A stretch of 64,000 bases of DNA, taken from positions 69,964-133,963 of the forward strand of contig MEWB01000001.1 in assembly GCA_001773215.1 (NCBI GenBank), in the 5' to 3' direction. The position numbers and the translations under genes are program-made. Origin of the DNA: a candidate division WWE3 bacterium RIFOXYC1_FULL_40_10. GTDB lineage: Bacteria; Patescibacteriota; WWE3; UBA101185; UBA10185. The notes beneath the pieces are model-generated. The model did not search any database, had not been told where the DNA came from, and was given only the letters and a program-made list of their open reading frames with translations. Below, piece after piece: positions 29,271 to 38,900 of the stretch; positions within the stretch are counted from its first letter, which is position 1, and each line of letters begins with the position of its first letter.

Positions 29271-30191
29271 ATGGAATATCAAATCGAGTCAGAAAATATA
29301 TTGGGAGTTAGAGTCGATTTCGGTCTTAATATGTCTTCGGCAGTAAACTACATAGAAAAAAAACTTCTATCAAACGGTAGCTGTAATTTGATAAGCACAA
29401 CAAATCCCGAGTTTATAATGGATGCTCAAAAGGATAGAGATTTTCAGAATATTGTTAACAAGTCAGCACTTTCACTGCCGGATGGAGTCGGGGTCTTGAT
29501 GGCTAAGAACTTTATAGATAAAACAAAATTAATAGAAAGAGGTCCGGCTACTATTTTTAAAATGATAGCAGCGGGGGTTTCATGTGGTGTCTTCCCGCTT
29601 GATTCTGCCTTACAAAGGATAAACGGTATTTCCTTGGTATTTAACCTGTGCTCACTGTCGGCGCAAAAAGGGTACTCAGTCTTTTTTCTTGGGGGACGCA
29701 AAAGAAACCGAACAGGGAGAATAACTGACCAAAGCACTGAAGAAGACTTTTCGGTAAAAGCCTCCGAAAGGATGGGTGAATATTATCCGGGCCTGAATAT
29801 TGCAGGGGCTACATCTAAATTCTCGCCTAGGGAAGCAGATGATGAGATAACTGTAACGTACATAAAAGAATGCATGAGAAAGAAGAACTTGTCTACCATT
29901 GACTTCCTTTTCGTGGCGTACGGGCACCCTAAACAAGAAAAATGGATTATCAGAAACGCGCACAAACTTCCTGCAAAAGTGTGTATAGGGGTGGGCGGAA
30001 CTTTTGATTATATATTGGAGAGTAGAAATTCTACGGTAGCCAAAAACAACCAAGAAAAATATAGGTGGCTCAGCAAACTTGTAAAAGAGCCGTGGCGCTT
30101 TACTAGGGTAGTTAAAGCGTTTCCTCTGTTTCCACTAAAGCTTTTTGTACAGGAATTTCGCTCTTCTTCCACAATACATACTGAGTCATAA
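29271..30191 (+). CDS. WecB/TagA/CpsF family glycosyltransferase (GT26)
   Basis: TTNPEF, LPDGVG, FVAYGHPKQEKW, IGVGGTFD; true start MEYQ at 29271, 8 nt after TATAAT. Confidence 0.92.
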   Translation: MEYQIESENILGVRVDFGLNMSSAVNYIEKKLLSNGSCNLISTTNPEFIMDAQKDRDFQNIVNKSALSLPDGVGVLMAKNFIDKTKLIERGPATIFKMIAAGVSCGVFPLDSALQRINGISLVFNLCSLSAQKGYSVFFLGGRKRNRTGRITDQSTEEDFSVKASERMGEYYPGLNIAGATSKFSPREADDEITVTYIKECMRKKNLSTIDFLFVAYGHPKQEKWIIRNAHKLPAKVCIGVGGTFDYILESRNSTVAKNNQEKYRWLSKLVKEPWRFTRVVKAFPLFPLKLFVQEFRSSSTIHTES

Positions 30192-30237
30192 CAATAAACC
30201 TATTGACACACTTTTGTAGTAGTGCAATCATTTAGTC

Positions 30238-31146
30238 ATGATAGAACTCAAAGACAGATTATATACTTCCACCGAAGTAGCAGAAGTTTTGGGAGTCAGT
30301 TTGAGGTCCGTGTACAGGTATCTCGAGGAGGGAAAATTGAATGCTGAGGTAAAGACTGCAACAGGCAGACATAGGTTTACAAAGCAGAACATAGTTGATT
30401 TTTTGTATCCTGATGGTGAGAAAAAAGTACAAGCCCGACCTAAAGTTTTGGATACTTCCATCATAAGCGAAGAGGAGCCCAAGGCTCCTATAGTTGCTGA
30501 GGAAGAAGCAGAAGAAGTAATCGAAGTTGAACAGGAGCCAGCTAAAAAAGAGGCTAAAGAGGAAACCGTAGACTGGCTGTCTAAATTCAGGGAGGCCGCC
30601 AAAAAGTTTGAAGAAGAAAGAATAAGTGCGCAAAAAGAAGAAGATCCGGAAGTAGAAAAACAACAGAAAGTTACCCCTGAAAAAACGGACAATATCAGTG
30701 ATTTGCTTAGTGAAGAAAGTGAGCCGGAGGAGAAGGAAGAAAAAGCGGCAGAACCTTCAGTAACCCCATTGTACTACCGAAGTAAATTGGGAGGACTTAA
30801 AGACGTAGCGCAGAGTTTAGATAAAAACGCTAGAGAGTCGGGCCTCAAGTACGCGTTCACCTTAAATGCCGGATTGTCACTATTTAAGCCGATAAAACCA
30901 TTTTCGACATTGCATTCCTATGTGACATCTGGAGATCAGGAGTTTTTCGAGAGGACACTTATGCTTGTACCTTCTGACGAAGCCAATGCCCAGCTGTGTT
31001 TGCTCATTTCTGATAATAACAGTCTTTATGCCGATAGAGTAGAATTGCATGGTCTACAAGTAGTATCTAGAGAGCAGCTGCTTCAGGACGTCAGGCAGTA
31101 TGGTGACGAGGTTCTACTGTCAGAAGCAGAGTCGGTGCTCGGGTGA
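30238..31146 (+). CDS. Excisionase-type HTH protein with acidic linker and AbiEi-antitoxin-like C-terminal domain
   Basis: LYTSTEVAEVLGVSLRSVYRYLEEGKL; C-terminal YAFTL..GLQVVS.EQLLQD. Confidence 0.7.
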   Translation: MIELKDRLYTSTEVAEVLGVSLRSVYRYLEEGKLNAEVKTATGRHRFTKQNIVDFLYPDGEKKVQARPKVLDTSIISEEEPKAPIVAEEEAEEVIEVEQEPAKKEAKEETVDWLSKFREAAKKFEEERISAQKEEDPEVEKQQKVTPEKTDNISDLLSEESEPEEKEEKAAEPSVTPLYYRSKLGGLKDVAQSLDKNARESGLKYAFTLNAGLSLFKPIKPFSTLHSYVTSGDQEFFERTLMLVPSDEANAQLCLLISDNNSLYADRVELHGLQVVSREQLLQDVRQYGDEVLLSEAESVLG

Positions 31147-31170
31147 TAGACTAACGATTTGGTATCAAGA

Positions 31171-31198
31171 GAAGGCGTCCCCCAGGGGACGCCTTTTT
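31171..31198 (+). terminator. Intrinsic terminator
   Basis: AAGGCGTCCCC-CA-GGGGACGCCTT + TTT. Confidence 0.8.
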
Positions 31199-31203
31199 AC
31201 ATA

Positions 31204-31333
31204 TTGACAGCCCTATAAGATTTTGATAAACTCGTGCCCACAAAGAGGATCTTGTTCGGGATAGACGCTAAAGTTTCTTATGCTGTGGGCAGGAGCATAT
31301 GAGACTGTCTATTCCGAATTAGGTCCTTTTTTT
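31204..31333 (+). ncRNA. Candidate ~95-nt rod-shaped small RNA with its own promoter
   Basis: TTGACA-17-TAAACT promoter; hairpin AAAGAGGATCT..TTCGGGATAGAC..TATGCT-loop-AGCATA..GTCTATTCCGAA..AGGTCCTTTT ending in a T-run. Confidence 0.6.
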
Positions 31334-31367
31334 GACAGTTTGTGGTTTTTTCTGCATAATTCAGTTT

Positions 31368-32390
31368 GTGAAACTCGGATTACTTATTACTATTCATGAA
31401 TCGTCACTGTTGGACGAAAGAGCCTTTAGGACTTTAGTTGAAGAATGTTACACACCCCTTTTTAGACTAATTAAAAACAACCATAGACACAGGTTCTCAA
31501 TTAGCATCGATTTCAGCTTTCTCCAGCTATTGAATACTTACGGCTATTTGGAACTGCTAGCAACAATAAAGCAGCTTTATAGCATGGAGAGGGTGGAGTT
31601 GGTTGGGTCAGTTGCCCATGGGGCTTTATTGGCTGACTTATCTGAGGATCTATTATCCGCACAAATTGTCTTAAATGAGTATGCACTGGCACACTTTTTT
31701 GGGTCTCATCAATCCTTTGAGGGTGATAAAGGGTATATGATAAAAAACATCGCGGGTTTTTATCCCACTAAATTTGTAATAGATGAGGACAAAGCTCGCC
31801 AAATATTAGAAATGGGCTATGAGTGGATACCTGTAAAGTCAACTTCCGCTGATTTCGGAGTTAGATACGAGCTGAAAGCTGAATCGGGGGCTTTAGTATC
31901 CCTAGATGATACTCTTTCGGATCTGATAGCAGGTGATATATCCAAGGTAGCTGACTATCTAAAAATGAAAGGAGATTCATATTGTGGCTTCGCTTGTGTA
32001 GATAGCCAAGCCTTTTGGTTTAGAAATAAAGAGGGTGTAGCGTACCTGGATTTGCTGCTGACCTGGTTACTGGAGAAAAATATAGAATTGAGTACAGTGT
32101 CTTCTCTCGTTGGTTCATTAAAATCAGGTCAACTAAGCGAGTTTTCGAGTATAGCTGATGCTGGTATTAGTGAAAGACGTAAGCAATTTCTGCAAATTCA
32201 GCAGGACTTAACAGAAAAATTCGGTGATGGCTTATTAGTGTTGGAGGAACAGGAGATACAGGATTATTTTGAGAAAAAACCTGCCACATTGGTTCTAAAT
32301 ATGCACCAGGCTCTTTCCGGAGATAGGTATGAGGATAGTTTAGCAAAAGCCTATTTCGATTTATTTACCCAAATATCATTAGGTCTTTGA
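31368..32390 (+). CDS. Glycoside hydrolase family 57-like protein, probably degenerate
   Basis: ECYTPL, VELVGSVAHGALL, GFYPTK; own promoter TTGACA(31332)-17-CATAAT with GTG start about 7 nt later. Confidence 0.7.
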   Translation: MKLGLLITIHESSLLDERAFRTLVEECYTPLFRLIKNNHRHRFSISIDFSFLQLLNTYGYLELLATIKQLYSMERVELVGSVAHGALLADLSEDLLSAQIVLNEYALAHFFGSHQSFEGDKGYMIKNIAGFYPTKFVIDEDKARQILEMGYEWIPVKSTSADFGVRYELKAESGALVSLDDTLSDLIAGDISKVADYLKMKGDSYCGFACVDSQAFWFRNKEGVAYLDLLLTWLLEKNIELSTVSSLVGSLKSGQLSEFSSIADAGISERRKQFLQIQQDLTEKFGDGLLVLEEQEIQDYFEKKPATLVLNMHQALSGDRYEDSLAKAYFDLFTQISLGL

Positions 32391-32450
32391 CCAGTAACAG
32401 AAAAGCCCCGTTTGTGGGGCTTTCCATACTTTCCGATTTAAATGGAAACT

Positions 32451-32843
32451 TTACTTTAATTCTACCTTTGCTCCTGCATCTTCAAGTTTCTTTTTAGCTG
32501 TTTGTGCATCCGCTTTTTTGGCGCTCTCTAGGATTGTTTTAGGAGCTGATTCTACTAAGCCCTTTGCATCAACTAAGCCTAGTGAGGGAACCAGTTCTCT
32601 AACTACTTTAATTACTGCAATTTTGTTGGCTCCTGCGTCTGCTAGTACTACGTCAAACTCGTCCTTCTCTTCCTCGACAGGTGCTGATGTTCCTGCAGCT
32701 GCTACTGCTCCCATCATTACTGGGGCTGCTGCTGACACTCCAAACTTTTCTTCCAAAGCTTTCACTAAGTCGTTAAGTTCCAAAACTGTCATTTTTTCTA
32801 CCATGTCCATTACTTTTTGTGCGTTACTCGATAATTCTGCCAT
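32451..32843 (-). CDS. rplL: 50S ribosomal protein L7/L12
   Basis: [30 protein letters not shown]. Confidence 0.99.
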   Translation of the reverse strand: MAELSSNAQKVMDMVEKMTVLELNDLVKALEEKFGVSAAAPVMMGAVAAAGTSAPVEEEKDEFDVVLADAGANKIAVIKVVRELVPSLGLVDAKGLVESAPKTILESAKKADAQTAKKKLEDAGAKVELK

Positions 32844-32858
32844 TGTTAATACACCTCC

Positions 32859-33380
32859 TCACTTTCTTTTATCCGCTACTGCGGCCAGTGTTCGTACAAA
32901 TTTTGATTGTACACCACCTAAAGTTCTTACAAACCCCGATATAGGGCTACTTAATAATCCTACAATCTGTCCAATCATCTGCTCTCTAGAAGGTAGCTGG
33001 CTCAATATATCAATTTGGTCTGCGCTAGTATACGTGCCTTCTATCAGTGCAGACTTTATTTTGAAGCTTCCCATTTCTTTAGCAGCTGCAACTAAGGACT
33101 TAAGAGGCAATACTATGTCGGAAAATGAAAATACTGCCACATTCTTACCTTTTAAATCACTTTCCAGTTGCTCCGTATTTTGGCCACTGCCTTTTAAGGC
33201 AACCTTAAGTAATGTGTTTTTTGCTACAACAATTTCAGCATCGGCACTTCTAATCTTCTGTCGGAGATCGTTCAGGCTGGTGGCACTTACACCTGTATAG
33301 TCGGCGATTGTTACAGCCTTTGATCTTGAAAGTTTTTCTTTTAGATCTTCTACTATATTTTTGTTTTTCGTATTAGGCAT
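32859..33380 (-). CDS. rplJ: 50S ribosomal protein L10
   Basis: ADYTG, VVAKNTLL, LSQLPSREQ; start MPNTK. Confidence 0.97.
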   Translation of the reverse strand: MPNTKNKNIVEDLKEKLSRSKAVTIADYTGVSATSLNDLRQKIRSADAEIVVAKNTLLKVALKGSGQNTEQLESDLKGKNVAVFSFSDIVLPLKSLVAAAKEMGSFKIKSALIEGTYTSADQIDILSQLPSREQMIGQIVGLLSSPISGFVRTLGGVQSKFVRTLAAVADKRK

Positions 33381-33395
33381 TATTTGTTCCTTTAA

Positions 33396-33503
33396 ATAAA
33401 AAAACACTCACCGATATGAAAGGTGAGTAAATCAGTTTTTACTAAATTTTCACCTCGGCAAGATTTTTAATTCCGCTAAACGGAACCTTGCTATCTACGG
33501 CAC
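33396..33503 (-). promoter_or_regulatory. L10 leader (ribosomal-protein autoregulatory RNA) with attenuator hairpin
   Basis: Minus strand CCGTAGATAGCAAGG...TTAAAAATCTTGCCGAGG resembles the L10_leader core; followed by ACTCACC/GGTGAGT + T-run before rplJ. Confidence 0.8.
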
Positions 33504-33606
33504 GTTAAACAGTATAAGTGTTTTGATTTCTTTGTCAAGTCAATATATCCAATATCACTGGAAAATGGGGGCTTCCAATTTTGTACCAAAATTATATAAA
33601 TATCGC

Positions 33607-34401
33607 ATGACTATCCCATCGCAGCTTTTGAAGATTCGGCCCAAAGTACAGCATCTGTACTATCGGGGGGAATATGACGAAAGCATTTTTAATAAATGTA
33701 TTGCTGTTGTGGGAAGTAGACGTATGACAGCCTATGGAAAGAGAGTACTGGAGAAAATCATACCGTGTCTGGTTGAGGAGGGGGTGACCATAGTGTCAGG
33801 TTATATGTATGGGACTGACAAAGAAGCACATAAGATAACGCTAGATTGTGGTGGGAAAACAATTGCAGTATTAGGCTGGGGTATTGATTGGAATCCCGAA
33901 GTTCCCTCGAAAAACCTGCTGTTTGTCAGTGAATATCCAAATGATTTGAAGCCGCAATTATGGATGTTCCCTAAACGAAATCGAATAGTAGCGGGTCTTA
34001 GTTTGGGAGTAATAGTTATTGAGGCTTCGGAAGATTCTGGAAGCTTAATCACTGCCGATATGGCTAAAAAGTTTGGCCGGAAAGTGTTTTGTATTCCTGG
34101 GCCCATCACCTCCACCGTATCCAAGGGTTCGAACACCTATATTCGGGACGGTCTGGCATCCATTGTCACCGACGTTAATGACATTACTCAGTTTTTTAAT
34201 TGGAAGATTGCCGAGAAGCATCCTTCCAACGGCAAACAATTGGCTTTACTCGACTTTCTTGATGTGGAACCTCTAACGATGGATGAGATTTCCGAGAAGA
34301 TGTGCCGAAAAGTGAGTGATGTGTCAGCTGAGCTTTCTTTGCTTCAGCTTAAGGGGGAAGTTATAGAGGAAGGAGGAAAGTACTATGTTAGCAAAGGTTA
34401 A
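33607..34401 (+). CDS. dprA: DNA processing protein DprA
   Basis: IAVVGSRR, IVSG, FPKRNRIVAGLS, SGSLITA, C-terminal wHTH. Confidence 0.95.
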   Translation: MTIPSQLLKIRPKVQHLYYRGEYDESIFNKCIAVVGSRRMTAYGKRVLEKIIPCLVEEGVTIVSGYMYGTDKEAHKITLDCGGKTIAVLGWGIDWNPEVPSKNLLFVSEYPNDLKPQLWMFPKRNRIVAGLSLGVIVIEASEDSGSLITADMAKKFGRKVFCIPGPITSTVSKGSNTYIRDGLASIVTDVNDITQFFNWKIAEKHPSNGKQLALLDFLDVEPLTMDEISEKMCRKVSDVSAELSLLQLKGEVIEEGGKYYVSKG

Positions 34402-35908
34402 GACGTGTGCCATTGTAGGACTTAGTGGGGTCTTAGTGGAGGTTGAAGTGGATATTGCTTCAAGGGGTTTGCCTTCATTTAACATAGTAGGTTTTTCAGG
34501 CAAGGCAGTAGAAGAAGCTCGGGAAAGAGTGAAGACTGCTTTGGTGAATTCGGGCTTTGCCTTTCCTCTTAAGAAGATCACAGTAAACTTAGCACCCTCG
34601 GACATACTCAAGGAAGGAGGAAGCTATGATTTGCCGATAGCAATTGGAATATTAAAAGCATGCGGGGAGATAGACGAGACTGAAAATAACGAGCTGTTTT
34701 ACGGAGAATTGTCTTTAGACGGCAAGGTTAGGCATACCAAAGGAGTTTTATTAGTCAGCATTTTTGCAAAAGAATGCGGTTATATAAACGAGATATACGT
34801 TCCAAAGGACTCCTCTAAGGAAGGTGCTATTGTGGAAGACACTACTGTGTTTCCTGTATCCAATATTCAAGAGCTCGTGAACCATTTAAGGGGTAGTAAA
34901 AAGATACTGCCTCAGGGAGTTATCAATATAGATACTGATCTTAATCGCGGAAAATTTGAGTTTGATTTCTGCGAGGTGATAGGGCAAGAACAAGCCAAGA
35001 GAGCCCTAACTATAGCGGCTGCCGGTGGGCATAATATAATGCTTAGCGGACCTCCGGGATCTGGAAAAACTATGTTAGCTAGAGCCCTTCCTTCCATACT
35101 TCCTATGTTATCTGCTAGGGAGGTCCTAGAGGTTACAAAGGTATACTCAGTTGCAGGGTTACTAAGTCCCGGGGAGTCTTACATAAAGAATCGATCCTTT
35201 CGAGCTCCTCACCATTCCATGTCTTTAGTTGGGCTAATTGGTGGCGGATCCCATCCCGTACCGGGCGAAGTAAGTTTGTCTCATCTTGGCGTATTATTTC
35301 TAGATGAAATGGCGGAGTTTCCGCGTTCTGTCTTGGAGTCAATGAGACAACCCATGGAGGATGGCAAGGTTGTGATATCCAGAGCTTTGGGTAGGGTAGA
35401 GTACCCTGCGAATTTTACGCTGGTCGCCGCAGTCAATCCTTGTCCGTGCGGATATAATGGACATCCACGTAAGGTATGTAGTTGTACACCAACGCAAATT
35501 ATCCGGTACAAAAAGAGAATTTCCGGTCCAATTATGGACAGAATCGATATTCATGTTCATGTGCCGTTTGTTGAGCCTTCCCTGCTGGACAATACTGCTG
35601 CCCAAGTTAGATCTGAGCAAATCCTCGAAGAAGTTAAGAGTGCTAGAAAATTACAGTATGAAAGACTTATGCATTGGGAGAATATGTATACTAATTCGCA
35701 GATGAGAAACAAGCAGGTAACGACTTATTGTAGCTTATCCCCCGAGAGTGTAAGACTTGTTAGGACAGCCGTTGAAAAATACGATTTGTCTACCAGGGGA
35801 TATTTTCGATTGCTTAAGGTAGCAAGAACAATTGCTGATCTGGCACACAGCTCGGATATACTGATAGCCCATCTGGCAGAGGCACTGCAATACAGGATAA
35901 AGGGGTAA
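34385..35908 (+). CDS. comM: ComM/YifB Mg-chelatase-like AAA+ helicase
   Basis: ITVNLAP, GPPGSGKT, FRAPHH, LFLDE, NPCPCG, DRID, VARTIADL. Confidence 0.96.
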   Translation: MLAKVKTCAIVGLSGVLVEVEVDIASRGLPSFNIVGFSGKAVEEARERVKTALVNSGFAFPLKKITVNLAPSDILKEGGSYDLPIAIGILKACGEIDETENNELFYGELSLDGKVRHTKGVLLVSIFAKECGYINEIYVPKDSSKEGAIVEDTTVFPVSNIQELVNHLRGSKKILPQGVINIDTDLNRGKFEFDFCEVIGQEQAKRALTIAAAGGHNIMLSGPPGSGKTMLARALPSILPMLSAREVLEVTKVYSVAGLLSPGESYIKNRSFRAPHHSMSLVGLIGGGSHPVPGEVSLSHLGVLFLDEMAEFPRSVLESMRQPMEDGKVVISRALGRVEYPANFTLVAAVNPCPCGYNGHPRKVCSCTPTQIIRYKKRISGPIMDRIDIHVHVPFVEPSLLDNTAAQVRSEQILEEVKSARKLQYERLMHWENMYTNSQMRNKQVTTYCSLSPESVRLVRTAVEKYDLSTRGYFRLLKVARTIADLAHSSDILIAHLAEALQYRIKG

Positions 35909-35921
35909 AAAGTACGATGTT

Positions 35922-38900
35922 TCATTCCTCAAAGTTTATTGCCCCATTGTTGTACTCAATTTTTGCCTGAGTAGCTGTTAACGTGTAGGTCCAAATTTTG
36001 ACGTCGTCCATATCGCCTTCAAGATTTCCCATTCCTTCGATTCTGCCTATATCAAAATCTGTTGCGCTTAGGGAAGTTGCAGTTGAGATTACCACGTGTT
36101 GCCATATTCCTGCAGATAATGTGGTTGATGGAATCCCGTTTACAAATATTGTGGGCGATGAAAAGCCCTGAGCGGTGATAGTTCCGCCGTTAATCCACAC
36201 ATATGCGGAACCGTTTAGGTCAATTGGGTATTCTGTTGCGGAGGTTGGGTTAATCCAAAATGAAATGGAGTTAACCACATTGGGTCCTGCTCCTATATCA
36301 ACATAACCGTCTGAGCCGTTGAAGGTGTATCCATAGTTTAACTTGCCATTTGTTAGTAAAGTGACACCATTTGTCAAGGTTCCATTTATTCCGTTGCCGC
36401 TGGCATCGTAGGACACCGTGCCTGTAGTCTCATCCATTCTCCACCAGCCCCTTGGTCCTCCTTGGTTATAGTCCCAAGCAACTTGCGCGGGAGTACGGGC
36501 ATAATCGTAAATTCGGACCTGGTCAATCCCACCATCCCATTCACTGGAACCTGTTGATAGTTGGGAGCCTATATTAGCGAGTGTTTCATCGATACTACCT
36601 GTCCATGTACCCAAAGAACTAACTGTGCTTCCTTCCTGTTTTCCATTTATGTAAGCTCTGACTGCGTCGGAGGATTTGCTCCATGTGATAACTGCATGTG
36701 TCCAATCCGTGTAACTTGATGAGGACGTTGATACCCCTGAATTTGTTCCCCCGGCAATGTAATAGAACTGTAACTGGTTGTCCAGGGTGGATTTATGCAG
36801 CGTTACTCGATTATCGGTGTCTGCAGCTATGTATAGGAGTCTGTGGTTTACACCATCTGTCCAAATGCTGCTATTGGCTTTGAACCACAATTCTGCAGTT
36901 CCTTCTGATGTATCGAAAGCGTTAGCAAAGTTCGCGCTGTAAATATTAACAGAGGTGTTGAGTGCCGAATCGAACTCCAGAGCCTTGCCGAATTTGCCTG
37001 GAGACCAGGACGGGGAATTTACTAAGATCCCGTCGTAGCTGTTTCCACTTTTGTCATAAGCAGTGCTTCCGGCCCCGTCGTCAAAATTCCATTCTGCAAT
37101 TGGGTCAGAGCACGATGATGTATCACCGGGGACACAGTACCCACGATCTGCCGAATTATCTGGGGTTGCCCCATCTCCATCTGTGGAGAGAGCTCCAAAG
37201 CTTTGTGCCGTTCCATGGTTGTATTCAGTTTTTACTTGTTCTGCGGATAGTGCAAAGTTGTATATTTTTACTTCGTCAAGAATTCCGCTGAAAGGATTGG
37301 TTCCGGGGACATTGTTGGAATAGTGAGCACCGACTAAAATTCTGTCAGTTGGGTTTGCGTATATATTACATGTATCATAATCTGCCAAGTTGCCGTCGAC
37401 ATATATCGAATAAGTGCCGGAGGGGTTTATAGTAGCCACAGCGTGATGCCAATCACCGTCGTTATATCCGATCCCCGAAGCTGAGGAGCATGCAACTCCG
37501 TCGAATAGCATTACCATACCACTACTGTGTATTTGTAGAATGGGACCTGCTCTAACAGGGATATTTTCGTTTGAAATCAAAGTCTGTGTGCTTAAAGACG
37601 ATGTCTTAAACCAAGTTGAAAAAGTCAGTTCAGCCGATAAGTCTGCTGCTGTATTGACTTGAACATAATCTCCGTCTCCGTCAAAGCTTAAAGCCTTCCC
37701 ATACTTTCCCGAATTACTCCATGTGGCGTTTGACAATGTGCCATTAAGCGACGAGCCACCATTGCCTGAATTATTAGATGATGTTAAGTAACCCTCATCA
37801 AACTTGTAGTGGACAAGGGCAGAGGGGGTAGGAGATCCTGGTGCAGCATGTCCAGCATTCATGTCAGCAATTACTTGCTTTTCAGAACGCGCGTAGTTAT
37901 AAATTCGAACATCATCAGTAGCTCCGCTTAAGTAGGCACTTCCCTCAGTATATTTCCCGATTAGTAAGGGAGTGCTATCGGATCCAGTTGAGGTTGGTAC
38001 TGTGCCACTAAAAGTAAGAGTTTGTAGAGCACCATTAAAGTACAGTTTCAATCTGTTAGCGTTGCCTGTTTGCGCCCCGTCAAAAACCATAGCAACGTGA
38101 TGCCAAATGTTATTTGTTAGAATGTTTCCGGTAGTGTAGGCGTAAGGGTTGGAGCCGTCGTTGATTCTCACAAAAATATCGTCATTCCCGCCCAAACCGC
38201 CTGCTCGTAGTAAATCTATTTTCATGTTTTTAGAGATTATGCCTTCATATTGTGTCCCTGCGCCATCAACCTTAACCCAGGCTTCTGCTGTTAGGGCGCC
38301 CTGACTTTCAACTGAACTTATGTCACCTGCTGTCACATAATCATCGTTTCCGTCAAATTTAATTCCTTTTCCAAATTTGCCCTTTGTCCAGGTTGGTAGG
38401 TGAGTGGCTCCCGTTAATGTGCCGGTGTTTCCGTTACCTGATGAATCATTTGCTGAAATTCCTGTTCCTTCATCAAAATTCCAATGTGCTACAGGAGCCG
38501 GTGCCCAGCTGTAGAGCTGATCGATTTCAGCACCCGAAAGGGCTCGGTTGTAGATACGAACATCATCTAAGCGAGCATTTATAGAAAAAGCGTCATTATT
38601 TGGATAGGCTCTACCAAACCTATCGAAGCGGATACCGGAGCCATTTGATCCCGGATTTGAGCTTCCCTTGTACTCACCATTCAAGTACATCTTTACTAAA
38701 CCAGTGCCGTCTGCAACTGCTGTAACTAGATACCAGGTGGTGTTATTCATAGTTACAGTTACATCGGTAGGTGACTGGCTGTCGCGGTTTCTTGCGCCAA
38801 TCTTACTGGAAGCCCCGTTTACATAGGTGTATATATAACTGCCTTGTAAATTTACACCCAGGGGGATATTGTTTTTTACGTCATTCGGATAAATCCAATA

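Noticed and set aside
32518-33300. 260-aa plus-strand ORF
   Set aside because: Antisense shadow of rplJ-rplL.
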